Part shown: piece after piece, positions 1 to 9,049 of the stretch
Layout: each line of letters starts with the position of its first letter
How positions within the stretch are numbered: the stretch's first letter is position 1
Sequence record: PV636260.1
Reading direction: 5' to 3' (one strand)
DNA: 48,147 bases
Origin: a phage
Made by a program: the position numbers and the translations under genes
Notes under the pieces: model-generated
Databases searched by the model: none
Told to the model about the DNA's origin: nothing
What the model saw: only the letters and a program-made list of their open reading frames with translations

Positions 1-127
1 ACGACTGGTCTATTTATAAAAATGTAGACTCTGAGCCGCCAAGCGGTTCCGATTCTTCAGGCGGCAGGATTGATTCAAAATTCAAGGTTGGTGAAGTTGA
101 TAAGTACAGATCCTCTTTCGAATTGCA
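1..127. repeat. 127-bp terminal direct duplication (identical to 48021-48147); circular closure or assembly overlap
   Basis: Positions 1-127 match 48021-48147 base for base; an ORF reads continuously across the junction. Confidence 0.9.
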
Positions 128-899
128 GGGAGGTAATGAAATAGATATATGGACAAGGATAACAACAATCAATGACAGATATAAGCAGGGCGCGGCAACG
201 TGGGATTTCAAACTGGACGGAAAGTTGATTTTTAACAAGGGTCTAACACCAAATGCAACTGGATATGCTCCAGGTAATACCTATTTGACATTGGCTAACA
301 CATGGATGAGTTCTTCGTACAGCGGTTATATTGGTCTAGTTGGTGGCGGCGTTGGTTTATCCAACGGCGGTTGGAGGAATTTTATCTCTCTTGGTTCGCT
401 TATTTTTCCAGGTAGTTCTCACCCCGTGGCGGTAATATCTCAGGTGTACGATTATGATATAGCTTCAGGTAATCAGCCAAACGGTGACATTGTAAGGAAT
501 ACATCGTTCAACGCTGAGAGTTACGACATAACGTTTGGGAATAACTCAGGTACTGTCAACTATATATTTTCCAAGTCTCCAGTGTCAGATGAGAGACTTA
601 AAAGCGACATAAAGGATATTGAAACAAGATTGGCGCTTGACAATTTGATGAAAATGAAATACCGATCATTCACATACAATTATGACAAGGAGAAAACTGT
701 AAGGAGAGGGTTCATAGCTCAACAACTTATGAGCATAGATAGTCAGTACGTTAGAAAGTACGGAAATATGAATGGAGAAGATTACACGCTATCACTGGAT
801 GAGAATGTTCTTTTGCTTGACGCTATAGCTGCGATACAGGAGCTTTCAAAGCAAGTATCTTCTCTAAAAGAAGAAATAAAATCACTTAAACAATCATAA
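1..899 (+). CDS. tail fiber protein, C-terminal part (intramolecular chaperone / peptidase S74-like domain); 5' part is 47072..48147
   Basis: In frame with 47072.. across the junction; C-terminus SDERLKSDIKDIE...AIAAIQELSKQVSSLKEEIKSLKQ resembles the autoproteolytic chaperone domain of phage tail fibers/endosialidases. Confidence 0.8.
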   Translation, partial: DWSIYKNVDSEPPSGSDSSGGRIDSKFKVGEVDKYRSSFELQGGNEIDIWTRITTINDRYKQGAATWDFKLDGKLIFNKGLTPNATGYAPGNTYLTLANTWMSSSYSGYIGLVGGGVGLSNGGWRNFISLGSLIFPGSSHPVAVISQVYDYDIASGNQPNGDIVRNTSFNAESYDITFGNNSGTVNYIFSKSPVSDERLKSDIKDIETRLALDNLMKMKYRSFTYNYDKEKTVRRGFIAQQLMSIDSQYVRKYGNMNGEDYTLSLDENVLLLDAIAAIQELSKQVSSLKEEIKSLKQS

Positions 900-902
900 A
901 GA

Positions 903-928
903 AAAGCCCCGCAATGCGGGGCTTTCTT
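903..928. terminator. bidirectional intrinsic terminator between converging tail fiber and ssb genes
   Basis: Hairpin AGCCCCGC-AAT-GCGGGGCT flanked by A-run and T-run. Confidence 0.7.
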
Positions 929-929
929 A

Positions 930-1346
930 TCAGAATGGGATATCATCGTCAAATGTTGACTGAGGGTTCGGTTGTGGTTGTTGTTGAGTTCGCTGTTGTT
1001 GCTGAGGCGATCGCTGTTGTTGATTGCTTTGTCCTCGTTGACTGAATACCAGCTTAGGAAAATCAGCGGCCTGCAATGAATTGTAAACCGTTCCGTTGTG
1101 CTCACGGGATGAGATCTTCAACGTTTCGCATGATACAGATATAACTCGACCAACTTGGAACGCTTCACGATACCAGTCAGCAAGGCCAGGCTTTCCACCA
1201 TCACTAAAAAAGAATGTGTAGTTGGTGTATTCTCGATCGCCATCACGAGGTTTATAGCTCTCTGCCAGTTCGATGATATAAGTATTGCCGCCGTTACGCT
1301 CCAGAATCTTAGGTTCTTTGCGGATCTCGCCAGTGATAATATGCAT
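930..1346 (-). CDS. ssb: single-stranded DNA-binding protein
   Basis: RBS AGGAGAG before ATG; Q/P-rich linker and C-terminal acidic tail DDDIPF typical of SSB. Confidence 0.85.
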   Translation of the reverse strand: MHIITGEIRKEPKILERNGGNTYIIELAESYKPRDGDREYTNYTFFFSDGGKPGLADWYREAFQVGRVISVSCETLKISSREHNGTVYNSLQAADFPKLVFSQRGQSNQQQRSPQQQQRTQQQPQPNPQSTFDDDIPF

Positions 1347-1392
1347 GTTTTTCTCTCCTAAAATTTATGGGCGACCGAAGCCGCCCTGATGA

Positions 1393-2040
1393 TTATTCGA
1401 AGTTGGTGATTGATTGAGATTGTACAGGCTTCGCGCTCGTTGCTTCAACCTGTTTTTTCTGTTCCGGTTGTGCCGGGCGAATACCGCGAGCTTTACCGAT
1501 CTCAAACTTAGCCTTAAGTGCGTTGTAGTGATCCTGAATGATTGACTTGCTTGCCGTGTCCGTCTGTCGGTAAGCGTTAGCCCATACCTCTTTCAGTGAT
1601 TCGATATCTTCACACGCATCAAGTTCTTTCTTCCAGTCCTTGACAGATTTTACTGCAAGCTGAGCATCGTCATCACTCTGGCTAATCCCCAGCGCTGCGG
1701 CTAATGAGTAACGTCGAGCATACGTCATTGCGGAACCTACGCCTTGCGGATCGCGCTTTGCAATCGGCATCATCATGAAGAATTTGGCCCACTGCCCGGA
1801 TTTGTGAATAAGCATCGTTTCAAGATGGAAAGTTGTTTCAGTGCTGGTATCCAGCATTGATTGCAGGATCATAATATCGTTATCTGTTAGTGCTGGGCTT
1901 ACTGCCGCCATCATTGCATCAAGAGTTGCATATGAGTTTTTCAGGTGATTGTTTTTAGCGTCCTTCTTTGCTTTCGCGAATTTGTTGCGAGCATTGAACA
2001 GTGCAGGAAGGATTTCGTTTGTTTCTGGTGATAATTGCAT
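1393..2040 (-). CDS. erf: Erf-like single-strand annealing recombination protein
   Basis: Start moved to internal ATG at 2040 with RBS CAGGAGAAG; sequence character of ERF-family annealing proteins; sits between ssb and exonuclease. Confidence 0.7.
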   Translation of the reverse strand: MQLSPETNEILPALFNARNKFAKAKKDAKNNHLKNSYATLDAMMAAVSPALTDNDIMILQSMLDTSTETTFHLETMLIHKSGQWAKFFMMMPIAKRDPQGVGSAMTYARRYSLAAALGISQSDDDAQLAVKSVKDWKKELDACEDIESLKEVWANAYRQTDTASKSIIQDHYNALKAKFEIGKARGIRPAQPEQKKQVEATSAKPVQSQSITNFE

Positions 2041-2114
2041 ATTAACTTCTCCTGATTGGTGTATGAGGTGCATTATAACACCTCATTAATTATTTGTTTA
2101 GCTATTTGTGCCGT

Positions 2115-3179
2115 TTACTTATTTTGGTAACGCACCCATGATGGCGTTTCAAGTTCGATCTCGCTTGCGTCGCCAGCGTACCCAGGCCAAATATCCATTT
2201 CAGAGCAAGCCTTGTAAGTGTGGACTACGCTAATGTACTGGTTACGACCGATCCTGATTTGCTCCATAGTCATACGGTAAGCCAGTGCGATATAAGGCTC
2301 TTTTTTCTCCTGCGCAAGCAATCTAACTACGATCGGGATATCTTCAGGGAAGTTGCCTTCAAAAGCGCCAGCCTGGATTGCGCGTCGTAGCAGATCATGC
2401 TGCAAGGCCATTTTCAGATAATACCCGTGATTATATGCAAGGCGCGGGAACTCCAACGGATTTGCGCTCATCGTTGTTTTGAAGTCGGTGATAATCAGTG
2501 CTTCCGGGAAAATAACGTCTTCGAATACCGGATCTCCATTCTCATCATAACCAGTCAGCACACGACCTGGTACATTCTCTTTGTAGTCCAGATGGTCAAG
2601 TCTAACCTTAACCTTTACGCCGGATATCTCACCGAAGATTGAGATCTCACGCTGCGCAGTTTCGCTATTGATGCACGCTTCATGATCGGGATTTTGCTCA
2701 AGAATGGCCCTCATCTTCATACAGGCATCATATTTATCAGCGTCAACCAGTTGCTTTCCTTCAGCGCGCGCCTCAGCTTCAGCAATCAGTTCAATAAGAT
2801 ATTGAACATTGAGATCTTCACCGCAATCAACCATCATTTTGATGAGGTCAGGGTACTGCTTACCGGATGTACCTTTCAGGCCAAAAGATTTTAATTTTGC
2901 TGCCAGTGCCGTTTGCGAAGTAATAAGATCTTTAAACTCTGACGGAGCAGGACAACGCGCATACGTTGCAGTAAACAGATCTCGACTCTCAAAGTTAGTG
3001 TGCGACTGAGTACCGAACTCCAGCGCTTTCGTTGTCTCATTCTTCTTGAATCGCCAGTTAGCTGGGCAAGTTTGATAAATTTCTGCAAGGCTCGATCCGC
3101 TTACATACTCTGCCGCCCAACCTTCGTTGCTATGATACTCGTCATTAGAAAGCTGACTTGATGTGAATACCTGGAACAT
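2115..3179 (-). CDS. recombination exonuclease, PD-(D/E)XK (YqaJ/lambda-Exo-like)
   Basis: RBS AAGGAG; motif ITDFKTT and surrounding acidic residues typical of YqaJ-type nucleases; adjacent to erf and ssb. Confidence 0.7.
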   Translation of the reverse strand: MFQVFTSSQLSNDEYHSNEGWAAEYVSGSSLAEIYQTCPANWRFKKNETTKALEFGTQSHTNFESRDLFTATYARCPAPSEFKDLITSQTALAAKLKSFGLKGTSGKQYPDLIKMMVDCGEDLNVQYLIELIAEAEARAEGKQLVDADKYDACMKMRAILEQNPDHEACINSETAQREISIFGEISGVKVKVRLDHLDYKENVPGRVLTGYDENGDPVFEDVIFPEALIITDFKTTMSANPLEFPRLAYNHGYYLKMALQHDLLRRAIQAGAFEGNFPEDIPIVVRLLAQEKKEPYIALAYRMTMEQIRIGRNQYISVVHTYKACSEMDIWPGYAGDASEIELETPSWVRYQNK

Positions 3180-3210
3180 TGCGCTTATCTCCTTCGTTTA
3201 CGATGAATCC

Positions 3211-3238
3211 ATTATAGCCATTAACAGCGTTTAGTCAA
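3211..3238 (-). promoter_or_regulatory. sigma70-type promoter for the exo-erf-ssb operon
   Basis: On minus strand TTGACT - 16 bp - TATAAT, about 30 nt upstream of the exonuclease RBS. Confidence 0.65.
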
Positions 3239-3647
3239 TCGGATACATGTAATTGGTGTGTAATAGCGTGTCTATATCGCTCAAGTTACAATCAGCATCA
3301 ACAGAATCAATGGCTTAATCCTGTTTTTATGTGGTGTCTATTTCGTAATACTTGTAACCGCTTTTTCTTAGAAATACACAGATATCCATGAATAGAATCA
3401 AGATTGATTATATTTTGAACAAATATGATAGAAATTTGACGAATCAATCAAATCACCTGTTACACGATATACAACTGTTACACAACAATAATTATATATA
3501 TAAAGCTAAAATTAAATATTATCTATCTATATATATTATATAGAGTTTTTATCATATCTCCCTGCGGTCGAATGAGGTCGATTTTGTAACACACCTCCCG
3601 GTTACAAAAATAGACACCTGTTACACGAAAAAATTGTAATCGAACTA

Positions 3648-3676
3648 TTGCAATAAAAGTAAATGCGACATACAAT
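3648..3676 (+). promoter_or_regulatory. sigma70-type promoter for the cor-like/RBP genes
   Basis: TTGCAA - 17 bp - TACAAT, about 30 nt upstream of ATG 3706. Confidence 0.6.
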
Positions 3677-3705
3677 GCAATCACACTAAAGACGAGGACA
3701 CACGA

Positions 3706-3936
3706 ATGAAAAAGTTAATCACCATTATCGCCGCCGCGTTCATCCTGACTGGTTGCGCTCAGAATCTTAAGAATGGCGACTGTGTTACTTACGCTTACGG
3801 ATCTTGCATGATGCGATTCGTTGACGGTCAGAAAGTGCCTGCTGGCGAAATCGATATGCGATTCAAGGGTCTGTCATCCGACGACGATCAGGGCAACTTT
3901 AGCGGCAAGGTGTCAATCAAAACTAAAGAGTGGTAA
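3706..3936 (+). CDS. small outer-membrane lipoprotein, Cor/Llp-like superinfection exclusion candidate
   Basis: Signal peptide with lipobox LTGC (MKKLITIIAAAFILTGC); 76 aa; sits next to receptor-binding locus downstream of J. Confidence 0.65.
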   Translation: MKKLITIIAAAFILTGCAQNLKNGDCVTYAYGSCMMRFVDGQKVPAGEIDMRFKGLSSDDDQGNFSGKVSIKTKEW

Positions 3937-3938
3937 TT

Positions 3939-4895
3939 ATGGGACAAGGAATATATATAAACCTAAACGACGGTCGCCCGGCAATGGAGATAACTTCGGG
4001 TCTTCGCGCACCGTCATGGTGCGGACCCATACAGGCTGACGGGGTTGATTCATCTGGATCGGTGTTTGATTTTGGTTTGCAAATGAGTCCAGGGTCTACT
4101 GCTTTTTGCCTTCCATCTCAGGCTATCTACATAGACGATATGGATTACATCCCGGAGGTGTATTATTTGACTAGTTTTCAGAAGGTAAATGATTCAACCG
4201 GACGAATAACGGTAGGTAATTTTAACGGGCACGGTGGAAGGAGGATGAGATTTTATGGAAACTGCTACGAAATCCTCCCCGCTCAAGCTGGAAATCAGGG
4301 GATACTTGTTAACGATTCAACGAACTTCGCAGCTATACCGAATAACGCCAGATTGATGAGCGCTGCATTTGTTGGGGGGATTCAGGTTAACGGTCAGGCT
4401 CAGTTGCCAGTACAGGGCGTTCCTTTCGGTATGTGGGATAATCCAAACGTAACACTTGAATCTGACGGCAATACAATATGGTGCAGGGATGCAAACTATA
4501 ACGGGATTGATGACGTTGGCGCTAGCGTATACGTGCAACTCGTAATATTTAATAACACTCCACCACCTCCTGGGCTAGGAATAACTATGAGTAACCCTGC
4601 TGGTCAGATCGTTTTCTCAAGCGTTAGACGCCCATTCGTTCTTGGCGGGACTATGGCGATAAATGATGGTTGGCAGTGGTGCGGTGGATTTTTCCCAATA
4701 CTGAGAACAGGTACGATATGCAGAGTTACGGGTGGATATAATAACATTCGATACAAGGGAGTTTGCATGAGCGGCGGTAACGTGAGAAGCGCACCCGGAA
4801 CAAGGGTGGGTAACTATTCTACTCAGAGCGGCGCTCAATTTCCCTTCAATATAAACATTTCAATGCCAATTCCTTTCACTCCAAACATGTATTAA
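3939..4895 (+). CDS. putative receptor-binding protein (distal tail protein)
   Basis: ATG 3939 after RBS AAAGAG; 318 aa, Gly/Asn-rich with PPPP linker; position between cor-like gene and J, converging on J. Confidence 0.5.
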   Translation: MGQGIYINLNDGRPAMEITSGLRAPSWCGPIQADGVDSSGSVFDFGLQMSPGSTAFCLPSQAIYIDDMDYIPEVYYLTSFQKVNDSTGRITVGNFNGHGGRRMRFYGNCYEILPAQAGNQGILVNDSTNFAAIPNNARLMSAAFVGGIQVNGQAQLPVQGVPFGMWDNPNVTLESDGNTIWCRDANYNGIDDVGASVYVQLVIFNNTPPPPGLGITMSNPAGQIVFSSVRRPFVLGGTMAINDGWQWCGGFFPILRTGTICRVTGGYNNIRYKGVCMSGGNVRSAPGTRVGNYSTQSGAQFPFNINISMPIPFTPNMY

Positions 4896-4920
4896 AAAAA
4901 GGGGCCAATCGGCCCCTTTC
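4896..4920. terminator. bidirectional intrinsic terminator between RBP and J
   Basis: A7-GGGGCCAATCGGCCCC-TTTCT. Confidence 0.7.
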
Positions 4921-4922
4921 TG

Positions 4923-7900
4923 TTACCAGACACCAACAACCACTCGGCCCCCGTTAGGTAGGTTAACCGTGATCCCGTTATTGTTTATCTGAACCGTATT
5001 GTTTGTCCCGTTGAATGCAAACGATCCGTTATTTGCATACAAAGCACCCCTTACGGTTGCGTTCATGAAGTAAGCTGCACCATTCTTGTTAATATGCCAC
5101 CCTTGATTTCCATCCCAATTGTTAGACTGAATCGCGTTACCAATCATGGCGTTAGTAATAAATCCATCCTTGATGATCGCGCTACTTAGAATGACCTGGC
5201 CATTCTCAACAACGAATGGGTACTGAGTCTGACCATTCATTCCTGTCATGATGGCAAATCGTGATGCCTCAAACAAAATCTGCGCCTTAGCCGCAGCTCC
5301 GGAACCAATCAGAGACATAGCCATGCCTGCACTGTATTCCTGGCCGTTATACTTCAGACCGAGCTTGACGCCGTACATTGCACCAGTCGAATCCGCATTG
5401 CTCCACGAATCAAGTTTTTGAGAAAGAGCTGCCTCATTATCCCCAAGCCTCGCGCTTAACGACAAGTCAGCTTGCGTTCTCGCCTCAGTCTCGTTTGCTA
5501 TAGCCTCTCTGATATCAGTCAAACTTGCCTGGATATCATCACCAATCTCTGCCCTGAGTTGATCGATTTCACGCGATAGCGCTCCAGTCTCAGTTGCGAT
5601 AACTTCACGCAATTCGCTGTTGCTAGCGCTAATCTGATCGCCAAAACTTGCCTTCAATTGCTCGATCGCCGTCACTCGTGCCTGCGTCTCATCAGCAATA
5701 AGTTTCAGTGATTTCGTGTACTCGGCTTTTCGTTTTCCGTTCTCCTTCTTCATGTAGATCGCGTCTTTGTCATTGGCGAGCGCGTTTTCTATTGCCGCCT
5801 CTGCGTTAGCTGCGTTCTGCGCCGCGTTGTCGGTTGCGTTGTCAACAAGCCACTTGTAACCCGGCGAGTTTTCGATATCGACAGAAATCTCTCCGATGAT
5901 ATCGTCAACGTTTGTTGATGCCATACCTCTGACAAAATCAGTCCACTGAGACACGTTACCGATCCTGTCAACCGTCCTTACCCGATACCACACAATATTC
6001 CCTCCAGGCATCGGTGAGTGATAATACTCATGCTGCGGATACGGAATCAAAGAAAGCAAACTTGCGTTATCCACTGTTCCATCCGGTGACTGTTGCAACT
6101 CTGTATAGGCCGTATCTCCAGAACCATCAGAGAACCCCCATTTTGTACGGATACCAAAAACAACATCATCCGTAGCTGTAAGGTTAATCGGTCTGCCCGG
6201 TTCACCCTGTTTACCCGTCAACGTTGCCGCGACGATATTTGACCAGCCTGAAGTCGTGCCCGAACCAGCGACTGAGCGCACGCGAACCTGATAGTTTCCA
6301 GCGTAAATCCCTTCAACATAAACCTCTTTGTTTGCTGTCTGCGGAACGTTTTGCCAGTTGCCGTCATCCTTTCTCCACTGTACGTCATAGAAAACTGCGT
6401 ACGGCACTTTATCCCAGCTAACAATCATAGTTTCTACGCTCATCCCTTGGACGATTCTCGACTCTGAGGACACTTGCACGTTTTCCGGTCTAGGGATCTG
6501 ATCTGGTTCAACGATGCTTGTCGGTCGGTCGTCGATGTTAACTCCGTAATCAATCTCATCGTACTTGTTAGGATCGTACTCAACCGCAGTAATCTTGTAG
6601 GTAAATTCCTCATCGTCATCACCCTTATCGATTTTTGTCACGACGTACTGCTGTAACGCAATGTCTGTGCGGTCGATAGCGAATACCGTGTTAGGCTTCA
6701 CAGGAAAGCCAAAGCCAATGTTAACCTCTATAGTCTTACCATCCGCACTAACACTTGAGATTGTGCGCTTCACGGGCTTGCCATCTGGCTTATTTACGAT
6801 AATAAAGTCACCCGCGCGTGCATCAACCCGGAACGGCAAGAAAATCTGACTTCCAGACACTTCGAGCAAGCGCCCTGATAGGTTCATCGTCAAGTTACTT
6901 GACCAGAAGTTATCAGCTATTGCCACAACATCTCCGATTGTCGGGATCATACCCTCAAGACCGGTAGCGAAGTTTACCGTAGTGCTGCGGAGGTTGGTTT
7001 TCAGAATCCATCTCCCGCGTCGGTTAGCCTCGCTTCGACGTGTGCAACCGATCGCTGTAATGCTGGTTACGTTATTACCGAACCGCAGAGTCGCCTCACG
7101 ATCGAATACTGGCTCAACGTCCTGTTGATACATGTTTTGCTCGTCGTCAAACATCACGTTACACGTCGTGTACATACTCTTTTCGCTTGCGAACGTATAG
7201 GAGAAGTCACCATTAACAACGTTGTCGTTAGTGAAGATGTACGCAGGCTCACGCGGTCTGTCGATGATTACCGAGATGCTTTCGCCATTCCAGAAGCTCA
7301 TACCACGGAAGATTGAGCAAATATCTCGAATCACCTTATACGCATCAGTCTGTGACTGAATTATCACGTCGCAAAGGTAGCGAGGCTCCGTGCCGCCTTT
7401 CCCGTCAGGAACCATCTGGTCGCAATATTGCGCCGCCTCATATAGCGCCCATTTATCTACAGATATTCCAAGCTCTTTCTGATCCAGTCCGTAACGCTGA
7501 TTAATCATCAAGTCATAAAGAACCCAAGCCGGATTATTAGTCCACGCCTTCTTAAAAGTGCCATCCCAATTTCCGTTATAAGTTCGTGATTCCGGATCGT
7601 AGTTTGACGGAACGTTTACAATCTTCCAGCGCTTACGAATTGAGATCGTAGGTAACTGGTTTGGGAACATCTTCGAGTCGAACTCTACGAAAAGAAGACC
7701 TGTCAGAGGATAACGGAACTTGGCATCGATAACCTCAGCATAGCTTTTTACCTGAATTGCATCGACAACGTTTGAGTTATCAGAGTCTGGAGTCTTTCTA
7801 ACAATCCTGAATATCACCTGGTTGTTGAAGTTTGGTAAGTTTATTCGACGACTTCGATCGTAACCAGACATTGTTTTGCCTTCGATTACGTCAGTGAGAA

Positions 7901-8372
7901 CAGTCTCAAACGAACCACCATCAACCGCTTGCTGCACTTCGTACTCAACGCGAACTCCGTTTTTATCACCGTTGCTTTCAATTCGTACTCCGCGTGGCAT
8001 AAACATTTTTATACGTATTGCCGATAGCGTTTTATTGGTTACTGATATTGAGTAAGGATTATTGGTAGTAATCTCACGGTTTACAGTTACCTCGCTTGAG
8101 CTATCTTCCATTCCTTTTATGTATTCCTGAGTCTGAGTTCCCGATCTGAACTCTGCTGTTACTCCTTCAAAGTTGAATGATCCGTCCTCGTTCTGCACTG
8201 GTACAGAGTTGAACATCAACTGCCTAAGGTCGAATTTATCGTCAATCTCACCATCAGATATTGCTAACAGGATCTTAATCTTGTTGATTGAGATCAGGTT
8301 ATCTTCCATTTCTTGAGGTTTGTGAGGTTTTGGTGAACCACCTTTCGATCCGCTTATCACTTTTTGAATCAT
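4923..8372 (-). CDS. central tail fiber / tail tip protein, lambda J-like
   Basis: 1149 aa; size, position after gpI, and C-terminal region typical of J-like host specificity proteins. Confidence 0.85.
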   Translation of the reverse strand: MIQKVISGSKGGSPKPHKPQEMEDNLISINKIKILLAISDGEIDDKFDLRQLMFNSVPVQNEDGSFNFEGVTAEFRSGTQTQEYIKGMEDSSSEVTVNREITTNNPYSISVTNKTLSAIRIKMFMPRGVRIESNGDKNGVRVEYEVQQAVDGGSFETVLTDVIEGKTMSGYDRSRRINLPNFNNQVIFRIVRKTPDSDNSNVVDAIQVKSYAEVIDAKFRYPLTGLLFVEFDSKMFPNQLPTISIRKRWKIVNVPSNYDPESRTYNGNWDGTFKKAWTNNPAWVLYDLMINQRYGLDQKELGISVDKWALYEAAQYCDQMVPDGKGGTEPRYLCDVIIQSQTDAYKVIRDICSIFRGMSFWNGESISVIIDRPREPAYIFTNDNVVNGDFSYTFASEKSMYTTCNVMFDDEQNMYQQDVEPVFDREATLRFGNNVTSITAIGCTRRSEANRRGRWILKTNLRSTTVNFATGLEGMIPTIGDVVAIADNFWSSNLTMNLSGRLLEVSGSQIFLPFRVDARAGDFIIVNKPDGKPVKRTISSVSADGKTIEVNIGFGFPVKPNTVFAIDRTDIALQQYVVTKIDKGDDDEEFTYKITAVEYDPNKYDEIDYGVNIDDRPTSIVEPDQIPRPENVQVSSESRIVQGMSVETMIVSWDKVPYAVFYDVQWRKDDGNWQNVPQTANKEVYVEGIYAGNYQVRVRSVAGSGTTSGWSNIVAATLTGKQGEPGRPINLTATDDVVFGIRTKWGFSDGSGDTAYTELQQSPDGTVDNASLLSLIPYPQHEYYHSPMPGGNIVWYRVRTVDRIGNVSQWTDFVRGMASTNVDDIIGEISVDIENSPGYKWLVDNATDNAAQNAANAEAAIENALANDKDAIYMKKENGKRKAEYTKSLKLIADETQARVTAIEQLKASFGDQISASNSELREVIATETGALSREIDQLRAEIGDDIQASLTDIREAIANETEARTQADLSLSARLGDNEAALSQKLDSWSNADSTGAMYGVKLGLKYNGQEYSAGMAMSLIGSGAAAKAQILFEASRFAIMTGMNGQTQYPFVVENGQVILSSAIIKDGFITNAMIGNAIQSNNWDGNQGWHINKNGAAYFMNATVRGALYANNGSFAFNGTNNTVQINNNGITVNLPNGGRVVVGVW

Positions 8373-8420
8373 GATGTTTACCTTTTTGTGCTATTTATCG
8401 GTGAACTCATTATACAGGCG

Positions 8421-8445
8421 AAAAAAAACCCGCGCAAGGCGGGTT
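8421..8445 (-). terminator. intrinsic terminator between gene I and gene J
   Basis: Minus strand AACCCGCCTTGCGCGGGTT followed by T8. Confidence 0.7.
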
Positions 8446-8449
8446 GATT

Positions 8450-9049
8450 TTAACTCATATCCTCAGCGTAAGAACCTGCTGAGAATGTTGCTCCACCTCC
8501 GGCTCGATACCCGTATGGTATAGGGAGAGGATATCCCGCCGCCGTCGTATTGACAGCACCACCGAACGCGTACGAAGGTTTATTCTTGCTTGACTGAACC
8601 TCAAAATTTGCGCCACCTGGCTGAGGTGAAATCATCTGCATCACGCCACCCAGCACCATAGCGCCACCCATCATGAATATAGATGAGGACATTGTACCCA
8701 TTAACGCCAGAGATGCGCCGCCAGTATAGAATGCGGCAACCATTATTGCCGCGCCCAATACAACCTGGAATAGACCGCCGGACTTAGAACCAGTTGGGAT
8801 AGGTACGATTCTTATCTCTTTAGCACACTTGAATTTTTCCTCTTCATGTTGCCCTACGTTAATGCCATCCACGAATATTGCAAACTTGCTACGTGATCCG
8901 ACCTCACTTTGCATATATTCTTTGAATCCATCCACCTGACTGGATAGCGCCCGGATAGCTTCCGGGTAAGAGTCAACGGCGAATTTGTGAAAGACGCCGA
9001 AGCGCCTTCCAAGTGAACCGGATAATTTGATTACTTTTACATCATTCAT
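8450..9049 (-). CDS. tail assembly protein, lambda gpI-like
   Basis: Size, position, Gly/Ala-rich hydrophobic C-terminal half. Confidence 0.7.
   Translation of the reverse strand: MNDVKVIKLSGSLGRRFGVFHKFAVDSYPEAIRALSSQVDGFKEYMQSEVGSRSKFAIFVDGINVGQHEEEKFKCAKEIRIVPIPTGSKSGGLFQVVLGAAIMVAAFYTGGASLALMGTMSSSIFMMGGAMVLGGVMQMISPQPGGANFEVQSSKNKPSYAFGGAVNTTAAGYPLPIPYGYRAGGGATFSAGSYAEDMS

Noticed and set aside
14-238. Minus-strand ORF of 74 aa at the window start
   Set aside because: Lies antisense inside the tail fiber coding frame, which is continuous across the junction; no RBS; low-complexity translation
5789-7504. Short ORFs on both strands inside the J gene
   Set aside because: Embedded in a 1149-aa ORF with clear J-like character; no translation signals
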